The notes beneath the pieces were generated by a model. The model saw nothing but the letters and a program-made list of their open reading frames with translations. It did no database searches and was not told where the DNA came from. Of a stretch of DNA of 64,000 nt, positions 1 to 12,655 are shown piece after piece. The position numbers and the translations under genes were made by a program. Origin of the DNA: Hypanus sabinus (Eukaryota); contig NC_082730.1 in NCBI RefSeq assembly GCF_030144855.1, positions 2,604,001-2,668,000 of the forward strand, in the 5' to 3' direction. Each line of letters opens with the position of its first letter. The first letter of the stretch is position 1.

Positions 1-345
1 TTAAGCCATTCTGTATTGAAAACGAGAAGGATTGGGATGAGGGAATTTATTTGCTTCTATTTGCAGTAGGAGAATCAGTATAGGAATCCTTAGGCTTTAG
101 CCCCTTTGAACATGTATTTGGACACCAGGTCCAAGGGCATTTGGCATTGGTAAAGGATCAGTGGGTTTACAAAGACATGCATATTAATTTGCCAGACTAT
201 GTTTTGAAATTCAAAGACAGATTACACAAGGTCTGTAGCTTAGCAAGGGAAAACTTAAAGGTTTCTCAGGACAAAATGAAAAGCTGGTATGATAAACAAG
301 ATTGTATGAGAAAATTCCAGGTGGCAGATAAGGCGCTGGCATTCT
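1..345 (+). mobile_element. Gmr1-like Ty3/Gypsy integrase C-terminal fragment (decayed)
   Basis: Translates as KDWDEGIYLLLFAVGESV*ESLGFSPFEHVFGHQVQGHLALVKDQW...ARENLKVSQDKMKSWYDK, the post-catalytic part of a Gypsy integrase; contains an in-frame stop. Confidence 0.8.
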
Positions 346-667
346 TTTATTGTGTTCACCCTCTCCAAACCCTACAAACACCTTTTTTCCAGACTGGATT
401 CCACTTGCCATGTCTGTGCCTCCCTGTCATGACAATCAATATCTGGCTGCAGCCTGCAACTCCCTTCCGCAGGGCTGGGTACAGAAAGTCTTCACTCTGT
501 TCCCCCAGTGGGCTCACTGTGTGATGTAGGAACTGTGGGCTGGGTCTCTCTCAGGGTTGGGAGCCAGGTGATGGCCCACATGGCCGGCTCCTGTAACTGT
601 GATCCTCCCGGCTCTGATTCTGCAGTTACTGAGTTCACCTGCCGACTGTCTCCTCTTGTCTCCTCAG

Positions 668-988
668 CTGGGACTGGGACTTCCCCTACACCTGTAAACA
701 GAGCTCGGGGACACTCGGCCTCTTTACATCCTGGGATCCCAGTCGGACCGAACGTCGCTGAAGTTGTGTGGAGACGGTTATCACCCAGAAAGGAGATAGT
801 GGCATATTCAAATAAGAACAGTGAATATTACAGATCTGAGGAGTACAAGCGACGGATAACTCTTCATCCCGGGAACTTCAGCCTGGAAATCCATGATCTA
901 CAGAGAGAGGACGCTGGTGATTATGAGGTGACCGTTACAGCAAGTTCAGGAGCACAGACTCAGAGAGTAATATGACTGGAGGTGGATG
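668..988 (+). pseudogene. Ig V-type exon without Cys (CD2/SLAM/CEACAM N-domain-like), paralog of 48198-48518, with premature stop
   Basis: Acceptor ctcttgtctcctcAG and donor G|GTGAGT; 321 bp, phase 1/1. Encodes GTGTSPTPVNRARG...VVWR...RRITLHPGNFSLEIHDLQREDAGDYEVTV...TQRVI*LEVD. TGA at 973-975 sits where the paralog has CGA. Flanks 345-667 and 989-1075 match the flanks of the 48198 exon. Confidence 0.8.
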
Positions 989-1084
989 GTGAGTGAGACA
1001 CCGCGGAAGGCCCGGGTTTCATTAGTTCCTGAAATGTCCTTAATTAAAGGGTGAGGGCAGATCCTTTGTGTTCTATCTCCTTTA

Positions 1085-2445
1085 CTATAGCATTGGGGAG
1101 GGATAGGAGCAGACAAGTTAGGAAAGTGTTTAATTGGAGTAAGGGGAAATATGAAGCTAACAGGCAAGAACTTGGAAACTTAAATTGGGAACAGATGTTC
1201 TCAGGGAAATGTATGGTAGAAATGTGGCAAATGTTTAGAGGATATTGGCCTGTTCAGAGTCTGGCCCTGAGGATCAGAAGGTTAGGGAAGGAAGGAGGAA
1301 GGTAGTAGTGATTGGAGACTCTATAGTTAGGGGGGTCAGACAGACGACTCTGTGGACGCAGGAAAAAAACTCGGATGGTAGTTTGCCTCCCAGATGTCAG
1401 GGTTAGGGATGTTTCAGATCTTGTCCTAGATATCCTGCGGTGGGACGGAGAACAGCCAGAGGTCATGGTACATACTGGTACCAATGACATAGGTAGGAAA
1501 AGGGAAGAGGTCCTGAAAAAAGACTACAGGGAGTTAGAAAGGAAGTTGAGCAGCAGGACCACAAAGGTAGTAATCTCAGGATTACTGCCTGTGCCACCTG
1601 ACAGTGAGTACAGTATAGGAATAGAGTGAGGTGGAGGATTATGTGTAGCTGAGGGATTAGAGCAGGGGACAGGGATTCAGATTTCTGGATCATTGGGACC
1701 TCTTTTGGGGCAGGAGTGACCTGTACAAAAAAGGACGGGTTGCTCTTGAATCCCAGGGGGACCAATCTCCTGGCAGGGAGGTTTGCTAAGACTACTGGGG
1801 CGAGTTTCAACTAGGATTGCTGGGGGGGGGGGGGGTGGGAACCAAACTGAAGGGACTGGAGGAGAGGAGGCTGGCTCAAAAATAGAGAAAACTTGGAAAC
1901 AGTGCGAGAGGGAGGATAGGCAGGTGATAGAGAAGGGACGCGCTCAGACTGAAGGCTTGAGATGTGTCTATTTTAACTCAAGGAGTGTTGTGAACAAAGC
2001 GGATGAGCTTAGAGCATGGATCAGTACTTGGAGATATGATGTGGTGGCCTTTACAGAGACTTGGATAACTCAAAGACAGGATTAGTTACTTCAAGTGCCG
2101 GGTTTTAGATGTTTTAGAAAGGACAGGGAAGCAGGCAAAAGAGTTGGGGGCGTGGCACTGTTGATCAGAGATAGTGTCACAGCTGCAGAAAAGGTGGACG
2201 CCATGAAGAGATTATCTACAGTGTCTCTGTGGGTGCAGGTTAGGAACAGGAAGGGGTCAGTAACTTTACTGGATGTTCTTCACAGGCTGCCCAATAGTAA
2301 CAGGGATATCGAGGAGCAGATAGGGAAACAGATCCTGGAAAGGTGTAATAATAACAGAGTTGATGTAATGTTAGATTTTAATTTCCCAAATATCGACTGG
2401 AATCTTCCTAGAGCAAGGAGTTTAGATGAGGTGGAGTTTGTTAGA
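1085..2445 (+). mobile_element. CR1 LINE fragments (ORF1 esterase-like domain and ORF2 AP endonuclease)
   Basis: VMVHTGTNDIG...KVVISGLLPVP (CR1 ORF1 SGNH-like domain); LRCVYFNSRSVVNK...YDVVAFTETW, GGVALL and MLDFNFPNIDW (APE motifs); frameshifted. Confidence 0.85.
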
Positions 2446-2639
2446 CAGACTTACTTTATTGATCCCGAGGGAAATTGGATATTGTTGCAGTCACACCAAC
2501 CAAGAATAGGTAGAAATATAGCAATATAAAACCATAAATAATTAAATAATAATAATAAGTACATTATGCCAAGTGGAATTTAGTCCACAACCAGCCTGTT
2601 GGCTCAGGGTGTCTGACAGTCCAAGGGAGGAGTTGTAAA
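2446..2639 (-). mobile_element. Rex1/Babar-type LINE 3' end
   Basis: Near-identical to the 3' end of the Rex1-like copy at 27930-28130 (YNSSLGLSDTL...); runs into the N gap. Confidence 0.7.
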
Positions 2640-3050
2640 NNNNNNNNNNNNNNNNNNNNNNNNNNNNNNNNNNNNNNNNNNNNNNNNNNNNNNNNNNNNN
2701 NNNNNNNNNNNNNNNNNNNNNNNNNNNNNNNNNNNNNNNNNNNNNNNNNNNNNNNNNNNNNNNNNNNNNNNNNNNNNNNNNNNNNNNNNNNNNNNNNNNN
2801 NNNNNNNNNNNNNNNNNNNNNNNNNNNNNNNNNNNNNNNNNNNNNNNNNNNNNNNNNNNNNNNNNNNNNNNNNNNNNNNNNNNNNNNNNNNNNNNNNNNN
2901 NNNNNNNNNNNNNNNNNNNNNNNNNNNNNNNNNNNNNNNNNNNNNNNNNNNNNNNNNNNNNNNNNNNNNNNNNNNNNNNNNNNNNNNNNNNNNNNNNNNN
3001 NNNNNNNNNNNNNNNNNNNNNNNNNNNNNNNNNNNNNNNNNNNNNNNNNA
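2640..3050. other. Assembly gap (411 N)
   Basis: Run of N. Confidence 1.
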
Positions 3051-3339
3051 ACGGTACACAAGCAACTGCCATGGCCTAAACTGAACTGAACTCTTCACCA
3101 TTGTAAGACTGTATCCATTTACCTCTTGATTTGAAAGAGCCTAGTTTTGTTCCTATTTCCACACACACACATACATATCTATATCATTGCTAACCTGTTT
3201 AATATTTTTGCATTTTATAGTACTGTATTGCTTAGTTTACTAATATTTACTAATAAACACTATTAGCTTATAGTAATACCAGACTCCAAAATGTTTTCCA
3301 TTTCTGCTGATTCTTAACCTGGACATGGGGTAAGTGACA
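3051..3339 (+). repeat. 5' LTR (partial, begins in gap) of the Gmr1-like element
   Basis: Aligns to ~12089-12359 with scattered substitutions and indels; ends TGACA. Confidence 0.85.
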
Positions 3340-3343
3340 AAAT

Positions 3344-3362
3344 TGGGGCCCTTGTCCGGGAT
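3344..3362 (+). other. Primer-binding site, tRNA-Pro-like
   Basis: TGGGGCCCTTGTCCGGGAT versus canonical PBS-Pro TGGGGGCTCGTCCGGGAT, 4 nt after the LTR end. Confidence 0.75.
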
Positions 3363-4591
3363 TTTGAACGACAAATTGGGGGGCTGTTTGAATTGATTGG
3401 GGTAAATTCCCTTATCTGTTTTGGGTTGCATGGAAAACAAAAGGAACAACAGCAGAAGTGGACATCGAGGGAGCCCACCTCGGGGGCATTAGAGGATGCC
3501 AGGAGAGTGGATCCGTTGAGTATTGCAAGAAAGTTGAATCTTTCGAAGGTGAAGATTTCAACTAGGTAGTCAAAGATGCTGAGAGCCATAGCCGAGTATT
3601 ATGTATCTACGTGGGTGTTTCAAGTAGGGGAGTTGGAGTTGTTTCCTGAAAATAAACCCAGCGCGGTTGAGATTCGACTTCAGATGGAAAGATGAAGGAT
3701 CGAGACTGAGGAGAGGAAAAGAACACAGCAGTATGAGTTTGAGTTACGAGTAAAAAAAACTGGAGGCTGAAAGACAGAGAGAAGAAGAGGCAGGAGATAG
3801 AGAGAGCAAGTAGAAAGACAGAGGCAGTTTGAGAGGGAGATGTGGCGGATAGGAGGACCAGTGATGGACTTTGATGATTTTTATAGCTTGAAAGAGCTGG
3901 TTGTAATTGAAGAATTTTAGAAGTGTGTTCGCGGTGTTGTAAGGGAATTCCGAGATGAAAAGGATGCCGCTACCTTGCAGGAGTCTGTTGAGTTGACAGA
4001 TGAGGTTGTTTTAACTCAGAAGGTTGAGTATACTTCAGATGGGAGTTGCCCAGAGAGTAGCTGGGAGGATCAGGGGAACCTGGAATTTGAAACTGGGACT
4101 GGTATAGAGAGCCTAGAAGAGGCAGCTGTCCCGTTTGACTGTGTTCAGGTTGTTGAAGTATCTGTGAATTGCCAGGGTGCTGAACCTTGTGTTAAACTCA
4201 GTTAAGGTCTGGGATGTCTGACTTGGTTGAAAAGGAATGCAGTTTTTTTGTGTCAGATGAACTTGATTCTCAAAGTGAGGATTCTCAGCCGTTTGTGTTA
4301 GATGGTGTTCTAGAAGTTGGTGATGAGTTGAAAGCTGGTGATGGGAATTTCATGGACAATAGTAAGGAAGGAGCTGTGTCTGGATTTTTAAATAAGAATT
4401 GGAGAAGTTTGTCCTTGCAGGACAATGGTCTGTTGAAGAATGTGTCATGTTGTTAAACTCTATTTTAGAAGTTAAAAGACAAATCCAAGGTCATCAGGAT
4501 GTTGTTCAAGATTGCAATGCAGAGGGAAAAGATTGTTTTGGGTTTGAAAAACCACTTGACTGTGTTACAATGGGGACAAATCAAATTAAAG

Positions 4592-7500
4592 ACAATAGAC
4601 AATAGGTGCAGAAGAAGACCATTTGGCCCTTCGAGCCTGCATCGCCATTCTGAGATCATGGCTGATCATCTACTATCAATACCCGGTTCCTGCCTTGTCC
4701 CCATATCCCTTGATTCCCCTATCCATAAGATACCTATCTGGCTCCTCCTTGAAAGCATCCAGAGAATTGGCCTCCACTGCCTTCTGAGGCAGTGCATTCC
4801 AGACCCCCACAACTCTCTAGGAGAAGAAGTTTTTCCTTAACTCTGTCCTAAATGACCTACCCCTTATTCTCAAACCATGCCCTCTGGTACTGGACTCTCC
4901 CAGCATCTGGAACATATTTCCTGCCTCTATCTTGTCCAATCCCTTAATAATCTTATATGTTTCAATCAGATCCCCTCTCAATCTCCTTAATTCCAGCGTG
5001 TACAAGCCCAGTCTCTAACCTCTCTGCATAAGACAGTCTGGACATCCCAGGAATTAACCTCGTGGATTACGCTGCACTTCCTCTATAGCCAGGATGTCCT
5101 GCCTTAACCCTGGAGACCAAAACTGTACACAATACTCCAGGTGTGGTCTCACCAGGGCCCTGTACAAATGCAAAAGGGCTTCCTTGCTCTTGTACTCAAT
5201 TCCCTTTGTAATAAAGGCCAAAATTCCATTAGCCTTCTTCACTGCCTGCTGCACTTGCTCATTCACCTTCAGTGACTGATGAACAAGGACTCCTAGATAT
5301 CTTTGTATTTCTCCCTTACCTAACTCTACACCATTCAGATAATAATCTGCCTTCCTGTTCTTACTCCCAAAGTGGGTAACGTCACATTTATTCACATTAA
5401 ACATCATCTGCCAAGTATCTGCCCACTCACCCAGCCTATCCAAGTCACCCTGATTTCTCCTAACATCTTTATCACATGTCACACTACCACCCAGCTTAGT
5501 ATCATCAGCAAACTTGATGTTATTCTCAATGCCTTCTTCTAAATCGTTGATGTAAATCGAAAACAGCTGTGGTCCCAATACCGAGCCCTGTGGCACCCCA
5601 CTAGTCACCACCTGCCATTCCAAGAAACACCCATTCACCGTTACCCTTTGCTTTCTATCTGCCAACCAGTTTTCTCTCCGTGTCAATATCTTCCCCCCGA
5701 TGCCATGAGCTCTGATTTTACCCACCAATCTCCTATGTGGGACCTTATCAAATGCCTTCTGAAAATCGAGGTACACTACATCCACTGGATCTCCCTTGTC
5801 TAACTTCCTGGTTATATCCTCAAAAATCTCCAATAGATTAGTCAGCAAACACGAGGAAATCTGCAGATGCTGGAAATTCAAACAACAACACACACAAAAT
5901 GCTGGTAGAACACAGCAGGCTAGGCAGCATCTATAGGGAGAAGACGATAGATTAGTCAAGCATGATTTGCCCTTGGTAAATCCATGCTAGCTGGGTCCAA
6001 TCCTATCATTGCTCTCTAGATATGCCACTATTTCATCTTTAATAATGGACTCGAGCATCTTCCCCACTACTGATGTTAGGCTGACAGGACAATAGTTCTC
6101 TGTTTTCTCCCTCCCTCCTTTCTTAAAAAGTGGGATAACATTAGCCATTCGCCAATCCTCAGGAACTGATCTTGAATCTAAGGAACATTGAAAAATGATT
6201 ACCAATGCATCCACAATTTCCAGGGCCACCTCCTTTAGTACCCTAGGATGCAGACCATCTGGACCTGGGGATTTGTCAGCCTTCAGTCCCATCAGTCTAC
6301 TCATCACCGTTTCCTTCCTAATGTCAATCTGTTTCATTTCCTCTGTTATCCTATGTCCTTGGCCCATCCATACATCTGGGAGATTGCTTGTGTCTTCCCT
6401 AGTGAAGACAGATCTAAAGTACTTATTAAATTCTTCTGCCATTTCACTGTTTCCCATAACAATTTCACCCAAATCATTCTTCAAGGGCCCAACATTGTTC
6501 TTAACTATCTTCTTTCTCTTCACATATCTAAAAAAGTTTTTGCTATTCTCCTTTATATTCCTGGCTAGCTTGCGTTCATACCTCATTTTTTCTCCCCGTA
6601 TTGACTTTTTAGTTAAGTTCTGCTGTTCCTGAAATATTTCCCAATCATCTGTCCTCCCACTAACCTTAGCTCTATCATACTTCCTTTTTTTTTTAATGCT
6701 ATGCAATCTCTGACTTCCTTTGTCAACCACTGTGGCCCCTATCCCCCCTTTGAATCCTTCCTTCTCCGGGGGATGAACTGATTTTTCATCTTGTGCATTT
6801 TTCCCAAGAATACCTGCCATTGCTGTTCCACTGTCTTTTCTGCTAGGATATCCATCCATTTAACTTTGGCCAGCACCTCCCTCATGGCTCCATAGTCTCC
6901 ACTGTTCAACTGCAACACTGACACCTCCGATCTGCCCTTATCCTCCTTAAGTTGCAGGTAAAAACTTATCATATTATGGTCACTACCTCCTAATGGCTCC
7001 TTTACTTCAAGATCACTTATCAAATCCTGTTCATTACACAAGACTAAATCCAGAAATGCCTTGTCCCTGGTTGGCTCTCGTACAAGCTGTTCCAAGAATG
7101 CATCCCGGAGGCACTCTACAAACCCCCTATCCTGGGGTCCAGCACCAACCTGATTCTCCCAATTCACCTGCATGTTGAAATCCCCCATAACTACTGTGAC
7201 ATTACCTTTGCCACATGCCAATGTTAACTCCCTATTCAACTTGCACCCAAAATCCATGCTGCTGTTTGGTGACCTGTAGACAACACCCATTAGGGTCTTT
7301 TTGCCCTTACTGTTCCTCAGTTCTATCCACACAGACTCTACTTCTCCTGATCCTATGTCCCCCCTTGCAAAGGACTGAATCTCATTCCTCACCAACAGGG
7401 CCACCCCACCCCCTCTACCCACATTTCTGTCCCTACGATAGCACGTATACTCTTGTACATTCATTTCGCAGGTCTGACCTCCCTGCAGCCATGTCTTCGT

Positions 7501-8043
7501 TATCCCAACAACATCATAGTTACCCATTCGCACCTGAGCTTCAAGCTCATCCGCCTTATTTCTGATACTTCGTGCATTCAGATATAGAATTTTTAGCCCA
7601 TTTCTCCTCTCTCTGTTTAAATCGCTGCCTGTTGTGCTTATCCCAGCTCCCCGAACTCCCATCGGGCTGTACGCCCCTTGAATTTTTTTGTCCTTCCTAA
7701 ATTTACTTATTCTTTCTGCACATTTAACTCCATGTTCCGTCAGACCATTCCTCTGTACCTGTGTCCTCCTTATCACTTGTTCCGCCTCACCTTTCTCTAC
7801 TACACAGTTCTGGAATATTAAGTCCCCACCTGTCCTTTATTCTTCATCGCGCTATCCTCTCTCGCATTCTGGATCCCTGCCCCCTGCAAATTTAGTTTAA
7901 ACACCCCCCCACTGAGAAGCACAGAAGCACTAGCGAACTTTCCTGCAAGAATGTTAGTACCGCTCCAGTTCAGGTGTAAACCGTCCCGCCGGGCACATCC
8001 CACCTTCCCTGGAACAAAGCCCAATTATCTAAAAACCTGAACC
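4592..8043 (-). mobile_element. CR1 LINE (end of ORF1 plus frameshifted ORF2) inserted in the Gmr1-like element
   Basis: APE (LKILYLNARSIRNK, GGGVALLV, VMGDFN) and RT (KSPGPDG, YLDFQKAFDKVPH, GVPQGSVLGP, KFADD); (GACAATA)n tail at 4592; possible TAAAG TSD at 4587-4591 and 8044-8048. Confidence 0.9.
5847..5946 (-). mobile_element. ~100 nt Penelope-derived 3' terminal fragment inserted in CR1
   Basis: Reverse complement matches the 3' ends at 18430-18515 and 35580-35680; flanked by direct repeat ATAGATTAGTCA (5833-5844 and 5947-5958). Confidence 0.8.
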
Positions 8044-9314
8044 TAAAGGTCGAAGAAGTGGAATCGATGGATTGTTTGGGAACTTTCAGAATGTAAACAT
8101 GGTCTTCATAAGTTTAGTGATGGTGTTGAACTTGATAAACATTAAACTGGCTCCTATCCAAGGTGAAATTAAGTCAGCAGAACAGCTAACGAGCAAGCTC
8201 GTGGCTGGAACTCACACACAGATATTGATGCAGTTAGCAACAACAGGAGTTTAATTTATGGAAGTTTGTCAGAGACTTTTCTACTTTTTATATTACAGCA
8301 GGACTTGGAGAGTAAGGGGGATGACAAGGGTTTGTCCTTGTCGAGGGATGAATTTATTGCAGAGCAAAGTCGAAATTCTAAAAAGGCTGTGTTAAAGGAG
8401 ACAGCTCTCACAGAAGAGGACGTTCAGAGAGAGTCAGTATGATGTTACCTTAGAGATGTAGTGTTATTGAGGAAGTGGAGACCCTCTACTGTGCCTGCAG
8501 ATGAGGATTTGGCGATTGTACATCGAGTAGTTGTCCCAAAATTTTACAGGGCTGAGATTTTAAACGTGGCTCATAGTGTGTCTTTAGGTGGACTCTTTGA
8601 AGTGGAGAGGACAGTAAGTAGAACTGTGAAGGAATTCTAGTGGCCTAATTTAAGGAATAATGTTGTGAACTTGTGCAGGACTTGCCATACCTGTCAGGGT
8701 GCAGGAAAACCTAATCAGCTGATCCTAGCGGTACCACTTAGACCGATACCTGTTTTTGGTGAACCATTCTCCAGGGTCATAGTGGATTGTGTGGGCCCAT
8801 TGCCAAAGACTGCAGCTGACTACAAGTATCTGTTAACTATCATGTGTGCTGTGTCTATGTTCTCCAGAGTAGTGACCCTCTGGAACATCAAAGCCAAAAC
8901 TGTGGTAAAAATATTTATCAAATTTTCCACATTGGCAGGTCTACCTAAAGAAATTCAATCTGTCCAGTGTAGGAATTTTATGTTGAGAACATTCCAGGGA
9001 TTGATTAAAGAATTGAGAGCTAAGCATATGGTGTCACTTTTGACCTTACTCAGACAGCAGTGGTCAGATCAGAATGTAAATGTGATTAAGTGTTATCATG
9101 ACTCCAACCCTGCACCAATGAGTACTGTTATGACACAGAAGAGATTGTCGTGTCTAGTACTGGAATATCAAACCATCTTACTGAACTCCCTGTAGTTTTC
9201 ACAAGACTCAGAAAGTCTCATGTTTTGAAAAACATTAATGGAAAAATTCAACATTTGCAGTCAAAGCAGTGAAAACAGCTGAAGAGCTTAATTAACAAAT
9301 TTATTCCCTGATAT

Positions 9315-10098
9315 TGACTTCAGGAGGGCACGGAGCGACCACTCCCCATTGAACATCAACGGCTCCTCGGTAGAGATTGTAAAGAGCACCAAATTTCTTG
9401 GTGTTCACCTGGTCCCTCAACACCAGCTCCATAGCAAAGAAAGCCCAGCAGCTTTATGCAAAGGCTGAGGAAAGTCCATCTCCCACCCCCCATCCTTATC
9501 ACATTCCACAGAGCATCCTGATTGAGAGCATCCTGAGCAGCTGCATCACTGCCTGGTTCGGAAATTGCACCATCTCGGATCACAAGACCCTGCAGCAGAT
9601 AGTGAAGTTAGCTGAGAGGATCATTAGGGTCTCTGTTCCCGCCATTACGGATATTTACACTACACTCTGCATCCGCAAAGGAAACAGCATTATGAAGGAT
9701 CCCATGCACCCCTCATACAATCTCTTCTCCCTCCTGCCATCTGGGGAAAGGCTCCAAAGCATTCAGGTTCTCACAACCAGATTATGTAACAGTTACTTCC
9801 CCCAAACTATCAGACTCCTCAATACTCGTAGCCTGGACTGACACATTGCCCTACTGACCTGTTTATTTTTTATTGTAATGCCTGCACTGCTTTTGTGCAC
9901 TTTATGCAGTCTTGTGTAGGTCTATAGTCTAGTGTAGCTTTCTCTGTGTTTTTTTTTATTATGTAGTTCAGTCTAGTTTTTTATACTGTGTCATGTAACA
10001 CCATGGTCCTGAAAAACATTGTCTCATGTTTACTATGCACTGTACCAGCAGTTATGGTCGAAATGACAATAAAAATGACTTGATTTGACTTGACTTGA
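9315..10098 (+). mobile_element. Rex1/Babar-type LINE 3' fragment inserted between IN and RT of the Gmr1-like element
   Basis: KKAQQ...IESILSSCITAWFGNC...NSYFPQTIRLLN*; AATAAA followed by a (GACTT)n tail. Confidence 0.8.
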
Positions 10099-11532
10099 TA
10101 TTCTAAGACTGTGCACAATGGCGGTGCATGACATCATTGTAAAGTCAGCCCAACCAATTGGGCAGCATCCCTGCAGAATGAACTTGGAGTAAAGCAAGCT
10201 GGTGGACAAAGAAATTGACTACATGCTAACAGCCGGTATCATTAGGTGATCTACATCGGCATCCCCGTGTGTGATTGTCCCGAAACCGGATGGTAGCGTA
10301 TGATTCTGTGCTGATTACAGGAAAGTAAATGCCATCACAAAGACCGATGATTACCCTGTCCCAAGGGTAAATGATTGCATTGATAGAGTGGGGAAGGCTA
10401 GGTACATCACGAAGACTGACTTGCTGAAAGGGTACTGGTGTATTCCTTTAACAGACAGGGCTCGAGAAATTTCAGCATTTGTTACACCCTCTGAATTGTA
10501 TGAGTATAATGTTTGACCTTTCAGAATGAAAAATGCTCCAGGGACATTTCAGAGGATGATTGACTCAGTAATTAGAGGTTTAGAAAACACAGGGGCTTAT
10601 ATCGACGACTTAGTGGTCTGGAGTGACACGTGGGACGAGCACATTGTGGCTGTGAAAAAACTGTTCAAATGGCTGTCTGAAGCCAATCTAACAGTGAACC
10701 TCGCCAAAAGTGAGTTCGGCCATGCTACTGCCACGTATCTGGGGTATATGGTAGGTCAGAGGCAGCTGTCTCGGGTGAAAGAGAAGGTACAGGCTATTTC
10801 TGAAGTTCCCATCCCGACTGATAAGAGAGCTCTGCAAAGGTTTTTAGGAATGGTGGGGTATTATTGGAAGGTTTGTAAAAACTTTGCAGACATCACTCTT
10901 CCTCTCACCAAGCTCTTGAGAAAGAGTGAAAAATTTGTATGGAGTGACCCTTGCCAAGAAGCGTTTGAGAGGCTGAAAACAAAATTGTGTTACTATCCTG
11001 TGCAGAAAGCACCCGATTTTTCAAAACCCTTTTCTCTAGCAATAGATGCTAGTCATGAGGCTGCCAGGGCAGTGTTGCTACAGAAAGATGGGTACAAAAT
11101 TGAACACCCCGTGGCTTATTTCTCTAGAAAGTTCAATGTACATCAGAGAAACTATTCCACTGTAGAGAAAGAATTACTATCATTTATTCTGGCATTACAG
11201 CATTTTGAGGTTTATATTTATCTGGCACAGAAGCCACTAATAGTTTATACCAACCACAATCCTTTGGTATTTCTGACTAACATGAAGGATAAGAACAGAA
11301 GGTTGCTAAATTGGAGTCTGATGTTACAAGAATATGATGTGAAGATCAAACATGTAAAGGGGACTGACAAGGTAATTGCCGATTGTTTATCTAGATGTTA
11401 AATTTGAAATTATATCTGTTTTACTTTGTTAATTGATGATTACTTATGTATTGGATTACACTCTCTAATGTACGTTTACATTTAAATTTTTACCCCCGTA
11501 AAAATTTCCTAAAATGTTGGGGGGGTGGGTGG

Positions 11533-12359
11533 TGTAATGAACAAACTGAGGTTGAGATGGGGTCCAGAGTTGGCCCTATGAACTGTGCTGCTATTGAGAG
11601 AGAGAGGGTGAGGCATCCAGCGCAGATGTGAGACAGAGAGACATGATTTAATGTTATAGATCCTCAGCTGATGATGTACCTTTGATCCAGGGACACTTTG
11701 CCGGCTAGTTAAAATTCCTGCAGAGACGGCAGGGTGGAGCCAGCTTGATGGAAGCTGGTGTCCAGCAAGTGGAGATAAAAAGCAGATCTGCTAGGACACA
11801 GGGAGACACACTATGGGACACTGAATGATCTTTGTGCACCCATGTGAAGATGGGGGTTTTGGAGGATCGATTTGGGGAAATCGATCAGTGGCTCACAGTG
11901 TGTAAAGGTGTGACCAGTGTGGAACTGTTCATGTGTCCACTCTCGCCTGGGTGACAGGTCCACCACTGAGGAACGGTCGTACTTAGTGTGGTCAAATTCT
12001 GTGACCACAACAGGAAGACAAAGGGAAGATCAATGGCAACGGCATCACCTCTCATCATCTCTCTCTCTCTCTCCAATGGTACACAAGCAATGGTACACAA
12101 GCAACTGCCACGGCCTAAACTGAACCATTGTAAGACTGTATCCATTTACCCCTAGATTTGAAAGAGCCTAGTTTTGTTCCTATTTCCACACACACATATA
12201 TATCCATATCTATATCATTGCTAACCTTTTCCATATATTTGCATTTTAAAGTACTGTATTGCTTAATTTACTAATAAACACAATTAGTTACAGTAATACC
12301 AGACTACAATGTGTATTCCATTTCAGCTGGTTCTTAACCCAGTAACGGGGTATGTGACA
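11533..12359 (+). repeat. 3' LTR of the Gmr1-like element
   Basis: TGTAA...TGACA termini, preceded by G-rich PPT TTGGGGGGGTGGGTGG; AATAAA near the 3' end. Confidence 0.85.
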
Positions 12360-12655
12360 CCATAGTAAATTTGCTGATGACACAAAGGTTGAGAGTATTG
12401 TGGATAGTGTGGAGGGCTGTCAGAGGTTACAGCAGGACATTGATAGGATGCAAAACTGGGCTGAGAAGTGGCAGATGGAGTTCAAAATCTAGTCGATAAG
12501 AAAATAAAAATTTGTGAAAGGTTCAAAAGTCTAGGTAATGATAGAGATCAAGAAAATTATAAGACTAGCAGGAAGGAGCTTAAGAATGAAATTAGGAGAG
12601 CCAGAAGGGGCCAAGAGAAGGCTTTGGTGAGCAGGATTAAGGAAAAGGCCCAGAC
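12360..12655 (+). mobile_element. CR1 ORF2 fragments
   Basis: SKFADDTKV...LQQDIDRMQNWAEKWQMEF, then YKTSRKELKNEIRRARRGQEKALVSRIK. Confidence 0.7.

Larger units (their letters stand above)
3051..12359 (+). mobile_element. Gmr1-like Ty3/Gypsy LTR retrotransposon (gag-IN-RT-RNaseH order), decayed, with nested CR1 and Rex1 insertions
   Basis: Paired LTRs and a tRNA-Pro-like PBS. SCAN-like gag remnant at ~3870-4020 (LKELVVIEEF...LQESVELTDEVVLTQK). Integrase at ~8300-9200 (HHCC zinc finger, FSRVIVDCVGPLP) precedes RT (~10260-10900, YIDD) and RNase H, which ends at stop 11401; polypurine tract (PPT) and 3' LTR follow. Confidence 0.85.

Noticed and set aside
508-975. 155 aa ORF as a single-exon gene (likewise ORFs 48224, 50650 and 52662)
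   Set aside because: Starts are GTG or intronic, and the ORFs run through canonical splice sites; they are parts of spliced V exons.
2542-3101. ORFs spanning N runs (also 41347-41820)
   Set aside because: Artefacts of translating assembly gaps.
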